Positions 42,698 to 56,739 of a DNA stretch of 64,000 nt are shown here, piece after piece; the stretch's first letter is position 1; each line of letters begins with the position of its first letter. The DNA is taken from NCBI RefSeq assembly GCF_009914755.1, contig NC_060925.1, one strand, 5' to 3'. A program made the position numbers and the translations under genes. Source of the stretch: the human T2T-CHM13v2.0 reference genome, Homo sapiens. The notes under the pieces were generated by a model. The model did not search any database. It saw nothing but the letters and a program-made list of their open reading frames with translations, and was not told where the DNA came from.

Positions 42698-43828
42698 AAT
42701 AAATTGAATCACATTGTTGTTTGCATATTTACTTTTTGACAAACCTACTAATGAATTCAGAATCAGGTGACAAATACAAGTATAAAAGTTATGCTTGTTA
42801 ATTTAGGAGAAAAAGGTGTTTCTTGATTTCTTCCACTTATTAAAATTACATTCCTGCTAACTCTAGTCTACAAGGGTTTGATCTTCCTTAGAAAATTACC
42901 TTGTCTTTATGTGTAAAAATGTCAAATATGATGCTGGTGGTTTTATGGAAGTTAAGGGAACTATGAAGAAGGGCAGGGCTTGTAGTCTAGACGGACAGTA
43001 GAAAATAATTGAATAGGCAAGATTTTCACGAAAGGCTACAGGAGTATCAACGTTGGAAAAGTAAGTAAATTCTACAGCAAAGTAGGAAATCAAGTCTAGC
43101 AAATAGAAAAGGCAGTCCATCAGGATAGAAAGCCAAAGTGTCCAGAAATAAACACTAAATATGTGTGTCCAAAGCAAGAGACTGAGGAGCCAAAGTGTCA
43201 AAAGTCAGAGTCTCTCATTAGTTGGTTGAACATAGTCCCATTAACACTTTTAAAAGTCTCCTAATTTCTTTCTCTGTTTTCAGAATCTCTGTTTCAAGAA
43301 ATCACTCACTGCTATATTTATCTTTCTTAAGTAGGGTTCTAACAACATTGTACCTTATACACAAACAAAGGAAGACAAAATCTTTATGGCTTTCCACCCA
43401 TAGTCTGAAGAATAGTTTCCATTTTTGGCCTAGGATTATATAATACCAGAAAAGAGCGACATATTTTTCCCCAACATATGCATCATATCTTATCATCATT
43501 GGGCCTTTGCTTCTATTATTTTAAGTTTTGCTCAGTATGCTGTTTTTCTTATCTGTATCTGTTCATATTCTATGCATTCTTCCATGTCTTTTCACGTCAT
43601 ATTTTCCTTATTGCTTAAAAAAGAATTCATATGTTTTAAACTATCACATATGTTTTTCCTGATAGAATTAATCATATTCCACTTACATTAAAGCTCTATG
43701 TAGTAGTTTTTAGCTATAGGATTGAACTTGATATAACCTTCTTATGAGTAAGGATCTACTCCTTTGGTCTTTGATGCTACATTCCCAGCCCCTAGCCTAC
43801 TATTTTGCACAGTTTGGTTTGTGCAGCA

Positions 43829-44070
43829 ATGTAGTTTAGATGTGTGTCCCCTCCAAATCCCATGTTGAAATGCAATCCCCAATGTTGGATATTGGGCCTA
43901 GTGAGAGGTGTTTGGGACATGGGGTAGACCCCTCATGAGTGGCTTGGTGCCCTCTCGTGATAATGAGAGAGTTCCTGTTATGGTAGTTCATATGAGAGCT
44001 AGTTGTTTAAAAAAGTCTGGCACCTCTGTCTTCATGTGATATGCCAGCTCCCACATCACCTTCTGCCATA
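43829..44070 (+). mobile_element. MST-type MaLR LTR, 5' part only
   Basis: TAGTTTAGATGTGTGTCCCCTCCAAATCCCATGTTGAAAT...CACCTTCTGCCAT. Confidence 0.7.
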
Positions 44071-47000
44071 ATATTAAGGGAAATTTATAGCTCTAAATGC
44101 CCACAGGAGAAAGCAAAAAGATCTAAAATTTACACCCTAATATCACAATTAAAAGAACTAGAGAAGAAAGAGCAAACAAATTCAAAAGCTAGCAGAAGAC
44201 AAGAAATAACTAAGATCAAAGCAGAACTGAAGGAGACAGAGTCACAAAAAACCCTTCAAAAAATCAATGAATCCAGGAGCTGGATTTTTGAAAACATCAA
44301 CAAAATAGACCACTAGCCAGACTAATAAGAATAAAAGAGAGGAGAATCAAATAGATGCAATCAAAAATGATAAAGGGGATATCACCACCGATTCCACAGA
44401 AAATACAAACTACCATCAGAGAATACGATAAACACCTCTATGCAAATAAACTAGAAAATCTAGAAGGAATGGATAAATTCCTGGACACTACACTCTTCCA
44501 AGACTAAACCATGAAGAATTTGAATCCCTGAATAGACCAATAACTAGTTCTGAAATTGAGGCAGTAATTAATAGCCTACCAACCAAAAAAAGTCCAGGAC
44601 CAGAGGGATTCACAGCCGAATTCTACTAGAGGTACTAAGAGGAGCTGGTACCATTCCTTCTGAAACTATTTCAAACAAGAGAAAAAGAGCGAATCCTCCT
44701 TAACTCATTTTATGGGGCAAGCATCATCCTGATACCAAGACCTGGCACAGACACAACAAAAAAAGAAAATTTCAGGCCACTATCCCTGATGAACATTGAT
44801 CCGAAAATCCTCAATAAAATACTGGCGAACTGAATCCAGCAGCACATCAAAAAGCTTATCCACCACTATCAAGTCAGCTTCATCCTTGAGATGCAAGCCT
44901 TGTTCAACATATGCAAATCAATAAACATAATCTAGCACATAAACGGAACCAGTGATAAAAGCCACATGATTATCTCAATAGTTGCAGAAAAGGCCTTCGA
45001 CAAAATTCAGCAGGCTTCATGCTAAAAATGTTCAATATACTAGGCATTGATGGAACGTATCTCAAAATAATAAGAGCTATTTATGACAAACCCACAGCCA
45101 ACATCATACTGAATGGGCAAAAACCGGCAGCATTCCCTTTGAAAACCGGCACAAGACAAGCTTGCCCTCTCTCACCACTCCTATTCAACATAGTATTGGA
45201 AGTTCTGGCCAGGGCAATCAGACAAGAGAAAGAAATAAACGGTATTCAAGTAGGAAAAGAGGAAGTCAAATTGTCTCTGTTTGCAGATGACATGATTGTA
45301 TATTTAGGAAAACCCATCATCTCAGCCCAAAATCTCCTTAAACTGATAAGCAACTTCAGCAAAGTCTCAGGGTACAAAATCAATGTGCAAAATACACAAG
45401 TACTCCTATATACCAATAAAAGACAAACAGCCAATTCATGAGTGAACTCCCATTTACAACCACTGCAAAGAGAATAAAATACCTAGGAGTACAGCTAACA
45501 AGGGATGTGAGGGACCTCTTCAAGGAGAACTACAAGCCACTGCTCAAGGAAATAAGAGAGGACACAAACAAACGGAAAAACATTCCATCCTCATGGATAG
45601 GAAGAATGAATATCATTAAAATGGCCACACTGCCCAAAGCAATTTATAGATTTAATGCTATCCCGATCAGGCTACCATTGACTTTCTTCACAGAATTGGA
45701 AAAAACTACTTTAAAGTTCATATGGAACCAAAAAAGAGCCTGCATAGCCAAGACAATCCTAAGCAAAAAGAACAAAGCTGGAGGCATCATGCTACCTGAC
45801 TTCAAACTATACTACAAGGCTACAGTAACACAAACAGCATGGTACTGGTACCAAAACAGATATATAGACCAATGGAACAGAACAGAGGCCTCAGAAATCA
45901 TGCCACATATCTACAACAATCTGATCTTCAACAAACCTGACAAAAACAAGAAATGGGGAAAGGGTACCCTAATTAATAAATGGTGCTAGGAAAACTGGCT
46001 AGCCATATGCTAGCTGAAACTGGATCCCTACCTTACACCTTATACAAAAATTAACTCAAGATGGATTAAAGACTTAAACCTAAAGCCATAAAAACCCTAG
46101 AAGAAAACCTAGGCAATACCATTCAGGACATTGGAATGGGCAAAGGCTTCATGACTAAAACACCAAAAGCAACAGCAACAAAAGCCAAAATAGACAAATG
46201 GGATCTGATTAAACTAAAGAGCTTCTGCACAGCAAAAGAAACTATCATCAGAGTGAACAGGCAACCTATAGAATGGGAGAAAAATTTTGCAATCTGTCCA
46301 TCTGATGTAGGCCTAATATCCAGAATCTACAAAGAGCTTAAACAGATTTACAAGAAAAAAAACAAACAAACCCATCAAAAAGTGGGCAAAGGATATGAAC
46401 AGACATTTCTCAAAAGAAGGCATTTATGTGGCCAAAAAACATATGAGAAAAAGCTCATCATCTTTGGTCATTATAGAAATGCAACACAAAACCACAATGA
46501 GATACCATCTCACACCAGTAAGAATGGCAATCATTAAAAAGTCAGGAAACAACAGATGCTGGAGAGGATGTGGGGAAATAGGAATGCTTTTACACTGTTG
46601 GTGGAAGTGTAAATTAGTTCAACCATTGTGGGAGACAGTGTGGCGATTCCTCCAGGATATAGAACCAGAAATACCCAGCAATCCCATTACTAGGTATATG
46701 CCCAAAGGATTATAAATCATTCTACTATAAAGACACATACACACGTATGTTTATTGTGGCACTGTTCACTATAGGAAAGACTTGGAACCAACCCAAATGC
46801 CCATCACTGATAGACTGGATAAAGAAAATGTGGCACATATACACCACAGAATACTATGCAGCCATAAAAAAGGATGAGTTCATATTCTTTGTGGGGACAT
46901 GGATGACACTGGAAACCATCATTCTCAGCAAACTAACACAAGAATAGATAACCAAACACCACATGTTCTCACTCATAAGTGGGAGTTGAACAATGAGAAC

Positions 47001-47213
47001 ACATGGGCACAGGGAGAGGAACATCACATACTGGGACCTGTTGGGGTGTGATGGGCTAGGGGACGGATAGCATTAGGAGAAATACCTAATGTATCTGATG
47101 GGTTGATGGGTGCAGCATACCACCATGGCACGTGTATACCTATGGAACAAACCTGCACGTTCTGCACATGTACCCCAGAAATTAAAGAAATTAAAGTATA
47201 TATATATAAAAAA
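44071..47213 (+). mobile_element. L1PA7-like element, 5'-truncated (ORF2 remainder plus 3' UTR), antisense to LRRIQ3
   Basis: ORF2p peptides 45019..45441 (LFADD), 45438..45989, 46395..46715; 3' UTR GATGGGTTGATGGGTGCAGC..CCACCATGGCACGTGTATACC. Confidence 0.95.
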
Positions 47214-47766
47214 GAGGCCTGATAGAGGTCCTTCACCCTCTACCATCTGTGAGCACACAGCCAGAAGGCACCATGTATAAACCAGAAAGTGGGTTTTCAA
47301 CAGACACCAAATTTGTTGGTGTCTTGTTCTTGGACTTCCTAGCCTCCAGAATGATTTTAAAAAATCTGTTGTTTATAAGCTACCCAGTTTATGGTATTTT
47401 GTTATAACAGCCCAAATAGAGCCCCAACCCCCAGTGTGGCTTTATTTGGTAGTGGGACCCCTCAGAAACTGATTAAGGTTAAATTTGGTCATAAAGTGAA
47501 ACCCTGATTGAATCAGGTTAGTGTTCTCATGAGAAGAAATATCAGATAGCTCACTTTCCCTTCTCACTATGCACACATATCAAAGAAAGGCCATATGGAC
47601 ACAGCAAGATGGTGGTTTTCTAAAAGGCAGAGAGCCCTCACTAGAAACTTACCATGTTGGCATCCTGATCTCAGACTCAGACTCCAGAATTGTAAGAAAA
47701 CAAATTTCTGTTCCTTAAGTCACCCAGTCTGGAATTTTGTTATGACAGCTTGAACAGACTAACACA
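47214..47766 (+). mobile_element. Two MLT1A-type LTR pieces (3' half to ~47420, then a second copy to 47766)
   Basis: GTCTTGTTCTTGGACTTCCTAGCCTCCAGAA...GGTATTTTGTTATAACAGCCC; second copy ends TTTTGTTATGACAGCTTGAACAGACTAACACA. Confidence 0.7.
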
Positions 47767-48459
47767 AAGGAAGTTCCCTCTCCTGAATTTTTAAGTAAAG
47801 TTGCCCAACTGGTATGCTGTGGCAAACTAGTGTGTTATTAATGGATAATAGGAGTGCTCAGATACATTGATCACCCTGGGATGGTTATTTATTTCCATTT
47901 TACTTCAATTTTAATTGATCCTAGCATGTCAATAATTCTTCTAATTTGGAGAGGGGAGTATAATGTTCCTAGAATGTCCAAAATGTGACCATTTGTCCAG
48001 TCTTGGGTCTCATATCTCAATTTCATTGTGTTATTAATGTAACAGATAACAATTTCCCCCATAACCTCCCAGCAGCTACTTAAAATTACATATGATCTCA
48101 GTGAACGATTAAGTAGCTTCTGGCTTCCTAGAATCATTTTGATTCATTCACCAATTAATTCATCTATCTATCCTTCCATCCATTCATTCATATTTTAGTA
48201 GCTTGCAAATTCTATGGAAATTCAGGGATCACAAATATAAAAGTTATTATTCAAACTTTCTTTAGTTCTTAACTTTTTATGTAAATTTTTTTCCTTTGTG
48301 TTTGAGAGTTGTTTTCCATGAATATTAGCAGTCTGTCTTTACTCGTAAATGTTTTCTTTGTTAAATATAGAAGTCCAATAATAATATAATGTGTGAACAG
48401 TGTATACATAAAATTGAATGTTTGTTGTGTATAAGACACTTTTCTAAACAAAATACATG

Positions 48460-49262
48460 AGGTATTTACTAAGAAATGCACTATCCCAGGGCTCATGAAA
48501 CTTCTAGTGGAGAAGATGGATAACAAATTTATAAATAAGAAAATATCAAATAGAAATAAATGCTCTGATAAAAATTAATTGGCAGTGAGAGGGTCTAGTA
48601 ATTAGATTGGGTGGATAGGAATGGGTTTTTAGAGGATATCTGATTTAACCCTAGATGAGAAAAGATAAGTAAGAACAAGCAAGGAGAAAAAATGAACATT
48701 CCAGAAGAAAAGAGAAGCTAATATAAAGGCAGTAGACAGAAGCACATTTAGCCTGCTAGGGATACAGAGAGAAAGCCACCTGAAATCCACTAAGTAAGAG
48801 GAGAGTGGTGCTGGAGACGCTCACAGAGGTAAGGCAGGGGCCAGATTCTATGCGGCATGGTAGGTCACAGAATAAAAGTTTTGGATTTCATTCTGAGATT
48901 TGAAGTCGTTGAAGTAGGGGACTGATATGGTATGTGATTTACCATGAAGACAATGGATTTGAATGTGGACCGTAAAATTCTAAGTAGGGGACTGGTTAAG
49001 AGGCTACTCTAGTGGCCCAGGTAAGATTTTATGATAGGAAGGGCCTAGATGAAAGCAATAAATTCACAGAGAAGTAGAAAGATTTGGCATATGTTTTACA
49101 AGTATAGTCAGAAGGGGCTGCTGATAACTTAGATAGCAGAAGTGAGAAAGAAAAAAATCAAAGATGAATGGTAGCATTTTGGCTTGAGAAACCAGGTGAA
49201 TGGTGATGCCATTTGCTGACATGGGAAAAACTGCAGGAAAAGCAGATTTGGTGAGCTAGAAG
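48460..49262 (-). mobile_element. L2 (L2a-like)
   Basis: GGCAGGGGCCAGATT..GGTAGGTCA..TTTGGATTTCATTCTGAG and GGTGAATGGTGATGCCATTTGCTGA motifs. Confidence 0.65.
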
Positions 49263-49468
49263 AAATATTTTTATATGTATTACTGTTTTGCAGTTCATAC
49301 TTTTCATATTTAAACACATAACTAACATTTTCCTAATTCAACGTCATATTCAAATTGTTTATATTAAAAAATCATTTAAAACTTTCACTAATGTAATGTC
49401 ATTTTAAAGTATTTTATTCTTAAAATAAAATCATTTTGAACAAATACCATTTATTTCCATTTACATGA

Positions 49469-49822
<354 letters not shown>

Positions 49823-51059
49823 TTGCATACTTTTTAAATAATAATACCAGATAATACTTGAAGTACAGGTTCTCCTTTCTCCAGCCATAACTTCCACAAA
49901 CTGAATTTTTTGACACAAAGGCAACAAAATGGCTTGTTTTAGATATAGTATTAAAGAAAAGCTTGCTAAAAAGCAATTATTCTTATATTTATACCTTATA
50001 TGTACCTCTCAACTTAAGAGCAAAACAACTGGATCATATCAGCCAATTTACTTTCAGTTTTCTGAACAGATAGTTGGATCTTTTAGGACTCAGAGCAACA
50101 CAGAAGCCAATACCATTTGTGGTCAACAGAGCTTGTTTGATTCTTCTGAACGTATTGCAGATTTATGAACCATCTGTGAAGAAACAAATGGTCCAAACCT
50201 ATTTAAAATCAGCATAGCTGTGATTTGAATGCTCACAAGTGGGTCTGAAGCAGTTGCTTTCCTCAGCAAACTGGCCTGACACCTTTGCACAAGCTTATAG
50301 CCTTATGTGATACATAAGCTTTAAGTTTAGGTGAAGCAAAGAACAGGAAAATAAGGAAAATGAAACGAATATAAGGAAGAAAGCAGTGGCATAAACTTCT
50401 GTCACGTACTGAGTTCTTCCTGATTTGCTAGATGCAAAAAGTTCACTTATAGCAATGGTTGCAATTTCTTCCTATTTTCTTAGTAGCAAATGTTTTCAAT
50501 GAAGTCTCTCCCATTACACACGCACATATACTCTGGTATAAATGACTTATCTAAGATATGGTATAAGATCACCATAATAAAGAATATAGTTTATGAAACA
50601 TCTTACATCTCACATGTAATAAAGCTCTCCTGGGGATTTATTGTAATAGAATAGAAAATTACAGAGATGCACAGGCGTTACCCCTCTCACTTTACATCTT
50701 TAATCAATTTCTGAAAATTAGACATTCTGTAAAGAAGTGCTATGCTGGAGCCTATTTCTTTATATTCTACATGGGAAAATTGTAACACATTAAATGTTAA
50801 CCACCAACCCTTATTGGATTTCCAAAAATGAAAATAGAGCATTAAAACATTAAAGCAGGAAAACACACTAAAACATGAATTTATAAGTACCGTTCACACT
50901 AATGTACAAATTGCTTAAAACATTGCTTTTTGATTATCAGTTATTAAGGCTGCTTACAAATAGTATCCATTGCAATGATGTGACTGTTAGTGACAACGTC
51001 TCAAATAGCCATACCTATTGTTGACATTTGGCATGCTTTAAAAGTTCCTACATACGATT

Positions 51060-51370
51060 TTAAAAACATCCGTATTGAGATATACTTAATATTCCATATT
51101 AGTGGTATATTAAATCATTAAAGTGTACAATGTAATTGTTTTAATACATTTATAGAGTTGTGCAACCATAAGTTATCACCACAGTCTAGGTTTAGAGCAT
51201 TTTCATCACCCCAAACAGAAACCCCATACGCATTAGAGTCATTCACCATCCCCTGTCTCCTACCATCTCCCCCACCTTAAGCAACCACTAATCTACTTTC
51301 TGTCTGCCAGATTTTCCTATTCTGGACATTTCTTATAAATGCAATCACACAATATGTGATCTTTTATAAG
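51060..51370 (-). mobile_element. L1M 3' end fragment
   Basis: AAAGTGTACAAT...GAGTTGTGCAACCAT..CATTTTCATCACCCCAAA..AGCAACCACTAATCTACTTTCTGTC. Confidence 0.75.
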
Positions 51371-52589
51371 GGGTTTCATTATTCTAAGGTAGTAAATTAC
51401 AGCTTTATGATACGTTCCCTTTTAAAATTTGCCTTTTATACAGTTTGCCTTCGCCACTCCACTCTGAGTTCTACCTGTCTGGTAATTTTAGGTAGAACAA
51501 AATATTTAAACCAATTTCATACCTGGCCATAAAGAGTGAAAAAAATAGACTGGGCAAGTTTGACTTAGGATTAAGGTCAAACTTGCTACAGGTTCCTGAA
51601 TAACTATGAATCAGTCCGTTAATAATTATATTATTTCCCTTTTCCCAAGCTTACCATTTCTTTCATCTTCTAAGGATCATGACGCTTCAATCTTTTTTTC
51701 CTCTAAGATCAGGATCTTAATTTGAAGATCTAAATTTCTCTACTTGATATCTTAGGCCCAAATATGTGAGTTCCACCAGGACCGCGCTGACTACATAAGT
51801 CTTACTAGTCCGATGTCCACTGAAACAGTGCTTTGGATCTAACTTTCTCTTTTTTTGAGCCATTGGACAGCTACAGCCACTGTTGGATAGTAGTTAGGGT
51901 GAAAAACCAGGAGCACAATCACTTGCATATCTGAAATGCCACATCCTATCATTTCAGAAAGTAACTTCATGGAAGTTACTCAAATTCACGATGCCATAGT
52001 TTCTTCATCTATAAAATGGGAGAATGAAAGTGCCCACCTTATAGATTTGCTGTGAGGGTTGAGTGAAATCTGCTTGGCACTGAGGAAGAAATTATAAAAT
52101 TTAGTTGTTCTTCTTATATCAGCTCTCAATTTCATTTTTTGATCTAAAACTTCTTATGTTCTCGATAATGGTAGACATCTCTAATATCCTCAAAAGCCTT
52201 TCTCACACTGCTTTTCTCACACTCTGGGCAGAGAGCGGTTATTCATTGGAGTAGATTATAAGCCAATACAGATTTACTATCTTTATCTGATATAATAAAT
52301 TTTGCTTAATCTCTTATTATATAACAATTACAAATCCCTCTCTGAGCTCTTCTCTCTGTGGAATATATTCAATCTGCAGTTACTTTTTTTCATAATGTGT
52401 ATTATATCTGACTTCTTTAAAACAAAATAAATTCTAGATTGTAGGAATCTTACACTTGATCTTAAGTCTTCAATTAATTTTGATTTAACAATTTCCTTGT
52501 TCACTATTCTTTCTGGTTTTTAAAAATAACATCTTCTTTGAGATACAATTCATATGCCAAAGAATGTATCTTTTTAAAGTGTACAATTA

Positions 52590-54330
52590 CAATAATCAAA
52601 ACAGTTTGGTATTGGCAAGAGTATTGACAAATAGATCAATGGAACAAAGTAGAGAGCCCAGAAATAGATCTGTCCCGTGATATAGTCAACTTATCTTTAA
52701 CAAAAGAGCAAAGGCAAAACAATGAAGTGAGACAGTCTTTTCAACAAACGGTAATGAAATAACCGGTCCTCCACATGCCAAAAAAAAAAAAAAAAAACAA
52801 ATTAATCTAGACATAGACCTTACACCCATGACAAAAATCAGTTTGAAATGGCTCATAGATTTAAATATAAAATGCAAAACTATAAACTCAGAGAAGAAAA
52901 TGGAAGAAATCCTATATAATTTTGAGTATGACAATAACTTCTTTAAAAAAACCAAAGTTCCATGAAAGAAATAACTGTTAATCTGGATTTCATTAAAATT
53001 AAAATTTCTGCCCTGCAAAAGAGACTATCCAGAGAATGAGAGAGCAGCCACAGACTTAGAAAACTATTTCAAAACACACAGTTGATAAAGAACGTTATTA
53101 AAACTCAACAATAATAAAATAAACAACCAGATGAAAAAATGAGCAAGGGGCTGGGTGCACTGACTCACCCCTGTAATCTCAGTACTTTGGCTAAGGCAGG
53201 AGGATTGCTTGAGCCAGAGTTTCAGGTTGCAACAGGATATGATGGCACCACTGCACTCCAGCCTGAGCAACACAGCCAGACCTTGTCTCTAAAAGCAAAT
53301 AAATAAATAAATAAACAAATGGACAAGAGACTTCCTTAAAGAAAATATACAGATAGCAAGAAAGTATATAAAAAGATGCTCCACATCATATGTTATTAGA
53401 GAATTGTAACTTCATAAGATAACACTACACACCTACTAGAATGGCCAAAATTCAAAACATTGACAACACCAAATACTGATGAGGTTATGGAACAACAGGA
53501 CCTCTCATTCATTGCTGGTAGGATGCAAAATGGTACCACCACTTTGGAAGACTGGCAGTGTTTACAAAACTAAAGATATTCTCACTGTAAAATCCAGCTG
53601 TCATGTTCCTTGGTACCCATCAAAATGAATTGAAAACTTTGAAAACTTGTGTCTGTACAAAAACCTGCACATGGATATTTATATTTAATAGCAGCTTTAT
53701 TCATAATTGGCAAAATATGGAAACTACCAAATATACTTTAGTAGGTGAATGGATAAATAAACCTTGGTATATCCAGACCATGGAATATTATTCAGTGCTA
53801 AAGACTTGTGCTATCAAGCCATAAAAAAAAAACACGAAAAATAAATGCATATTATTGAGTGAAAGAAGCCAATCTAAAAAGGCTACATACTGTATGATTC
53901 CAGATACTGGTATACAATATGTGTGAACAGGTAAACCTGTAAATAATAGTAAAAACATCAGTGGTAGCCAGGGATAAGGTGGGGAGGATAGGATGAATAA
54001 GGAGTGCAGAAAGGATTTTTAGGGCAGTGAAATGATTCTAAATGATACCGCGATGTTGGATAAATATCATTGTACGTTTTTCAAAACTCATAGAATGTAC
54101 ACCAAGAGTAAACCCTAAGGTAAATTATGATCTTTTGCAGATAATAATGTGTTAGTTTAAGTTCATCTATTGTAACAATTGTACCACTATATTATATCTG
54201 GTGTGGGATGTGGATAATGAAAGAGGTTCTGCGTATATTGAAACAGACTGTTATGGAAAAATCTCTGTATTTTCTGCTCAATTTTGCTATGAACAAAAAC
54301 TGTCCTAAAAGTTTATTAATTACAAAAAGG
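52590..54330 (+). mobile_element. L1MC/MB-like 3' region containing an Alu monomer (53149-53315)
   Basis: ORF2 3' motifs (AGAGAGCCCAGAAATAGA, GGAATATTATTCAG) and L1MC-type 3' UTR (GTAAACCCTAAGGTAAATTATG). Confidence 0.75.
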
Positions 54331-54339
54331 AAGAAAACA

Positions 54340-54782
54340 CAAATATATATATATATATATATATATATCTACATACACATACATATAAATACACACATAC
54401 ATACATACATATACACACATACATCCACATTTTTAATGCATGTGTATATATGTATATATTGATGTGCAATTATAAATATAATTTAAAATACAATTATGAA
54501 TTACAACTATAAATTATATAAAATGTATAATTGTATTACATATTATGAATTATATAATTATATAAAATATTATAAATATATAATTATATAAAATTTAAAA
54601 ATATATTTTAAATAATATGTAAATATAAATATAGCTTATATAAATACCCACATACATATTAAGTGTGTAATCCAGTGGGTCTTTGCCACTTTTTATCACA
54701 GAATAACACAACCATCATGACATGTATGCACATACATACACATGCATACATACACATACACACACATACATACATATACACT

Positions 54783-54815
<33 letters not shown>

Positions 54816-54825
54816 TACATATAAA
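54340..54825. repeat. (TA)n/(CATA)n low-complexity block
   Basis: Multiple TA and CA runs and AT-only stretches. Confidence 0.85.
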
Positions 54826-55457
54826 GGGTATGATTCAGTGTTTTTCTGACACTTTGTCACAGAATAATGCAACTATCATGAATACCTAATTCAAGAACAT
54901 TTTCATCACCGTAGAAAGAAAGCAGGTATCTATTAGCAGTCATTTCTTGTTCCCCCCTCTCTTCTGCCCCTGACAACTACAAACCTATTTTATATCTCTA
55001 TAGGTTTGTATTTTCTGGGCAATTCATATACATGGAGTCATAAAATATGTGTTTTTTGTGTCTTCTCTCTTATTTAACATGTTTGCAAGAATCATCCATG
55101 TTGTAACATTTATCAGTATTTCATTCCTCTTTGTAATTGAGTATCATTCATTATACATATTCATTATATGCCCAGGACTGGGCAATGCATTTTTTACTTA
55201 CTGGTTGATGGATATTTGATTTTTTTATTTGTTTCCACCTTTGAACTGCTTTAAGTACTGCTTCTTTCATATACAATTTTTATGTGGACATATGTTTATG
55301 ATTCTCTTGGCTATACTGCTAGAAATAAAATTAGGGGTTCATATGGCAACTGTTTAATGTTTGAAGACTGCCAATCTGTTTTTCAAAAGTGGCTGTATCA
55401 GATGCAGGAAAAGCACTCATGAAATTAAACACCCTTTCTTGATAAAAATTGAATAAA

Positions 55458-55852
<395 letters not shown>

Positions 55853-56384
55853 TCATATCATACACAATGGGAAAAATTTTAAAGCTTTTTCTGTAAGATC
55901 TGGAAAAAGATAAGGATGCCCACTCTCACCACTTGTATTCAACATAGTACTAGAAGTTGCAGCCAGAGCAATTAGGCAAGAGGGAAAATAGGGATCCAAA
56001 TTGGAATAGAGAAAGTCAAACTGTCCCTCCTTGCAGATGACATGATCATACATATAAAAAACTAGGAAGACTCCACCAAAAAACTCTTAGAACTAATAAA
56101 TCAATTCAGTAAAGTTGCAGACACAAAATCAACATACAAAAATCAGTAGTGTTTTAATACACCAATAGTGAACTGTCTGAATAATAAATCAAGAATGCAA
56201 TCCCATTTACAATAACTACAAAAATAAAATAACTAGAAATAAATTTAACCATGAAAAGAAAATATTTATATAACATAAAATACAAAATACTGATGAAATA
56301 GTTTCAGGAACACAAAAATAAATGGAAAACTATCCTGTGTTCATGGATTGTCAGAATTAGTATTGTTAAAATGTCCATACTACC

Positions 56385-56739
56385 TGATATGTGTCCCCAA
56401 CCAAGTCTCAACTTGAATTGTTACCCCCACATGTTGAGGGAGAGACCTGGTGGGATGTAATTGGATCATGGAGGTGGTTTCTCCCATGCTGTTCTCATGA
56501 TAATGAGGAAGTTCTCTCAAGATCTGATGTTTTAAAAGTGGCAGTTTCCCCTGCACTCACTCTCTGTCTCCTGCCACCATGTAAGATGTACCTTGCTTCC
56601 CCTTTGCCTTCGCTATGATTGTAAGTTTCCTGGGGCCTCCCCAGCCATGCAGAACTGTGAGTCAATTAAACCTCTTTTGTTTATAGATTACCCAGTTTCA
56701 GGTAATATCTTTATAGCAGTGTGAGAATGGTCTAATATA
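56385..56739 (+). mobile_element. MSTA-like MaLR solo LTR inside L1MA
   Basis: TGATATG start, GAGTCAATTAAACCTCTTT, CTAATATA end; 5-bp TSD CTACC at 56380-56384 and 56740-56744. Confidence 0.88.

Noticed and set aside
40512-44070. Idea that the LRRIQ3 exon block was inserted or transduced into one L1
   Set aside because: The exon splices in frame as a normal part of the gene, the block contains repeats older than the L1s, and the two L1 halves appear to be different subfamilies with diverged overlap.
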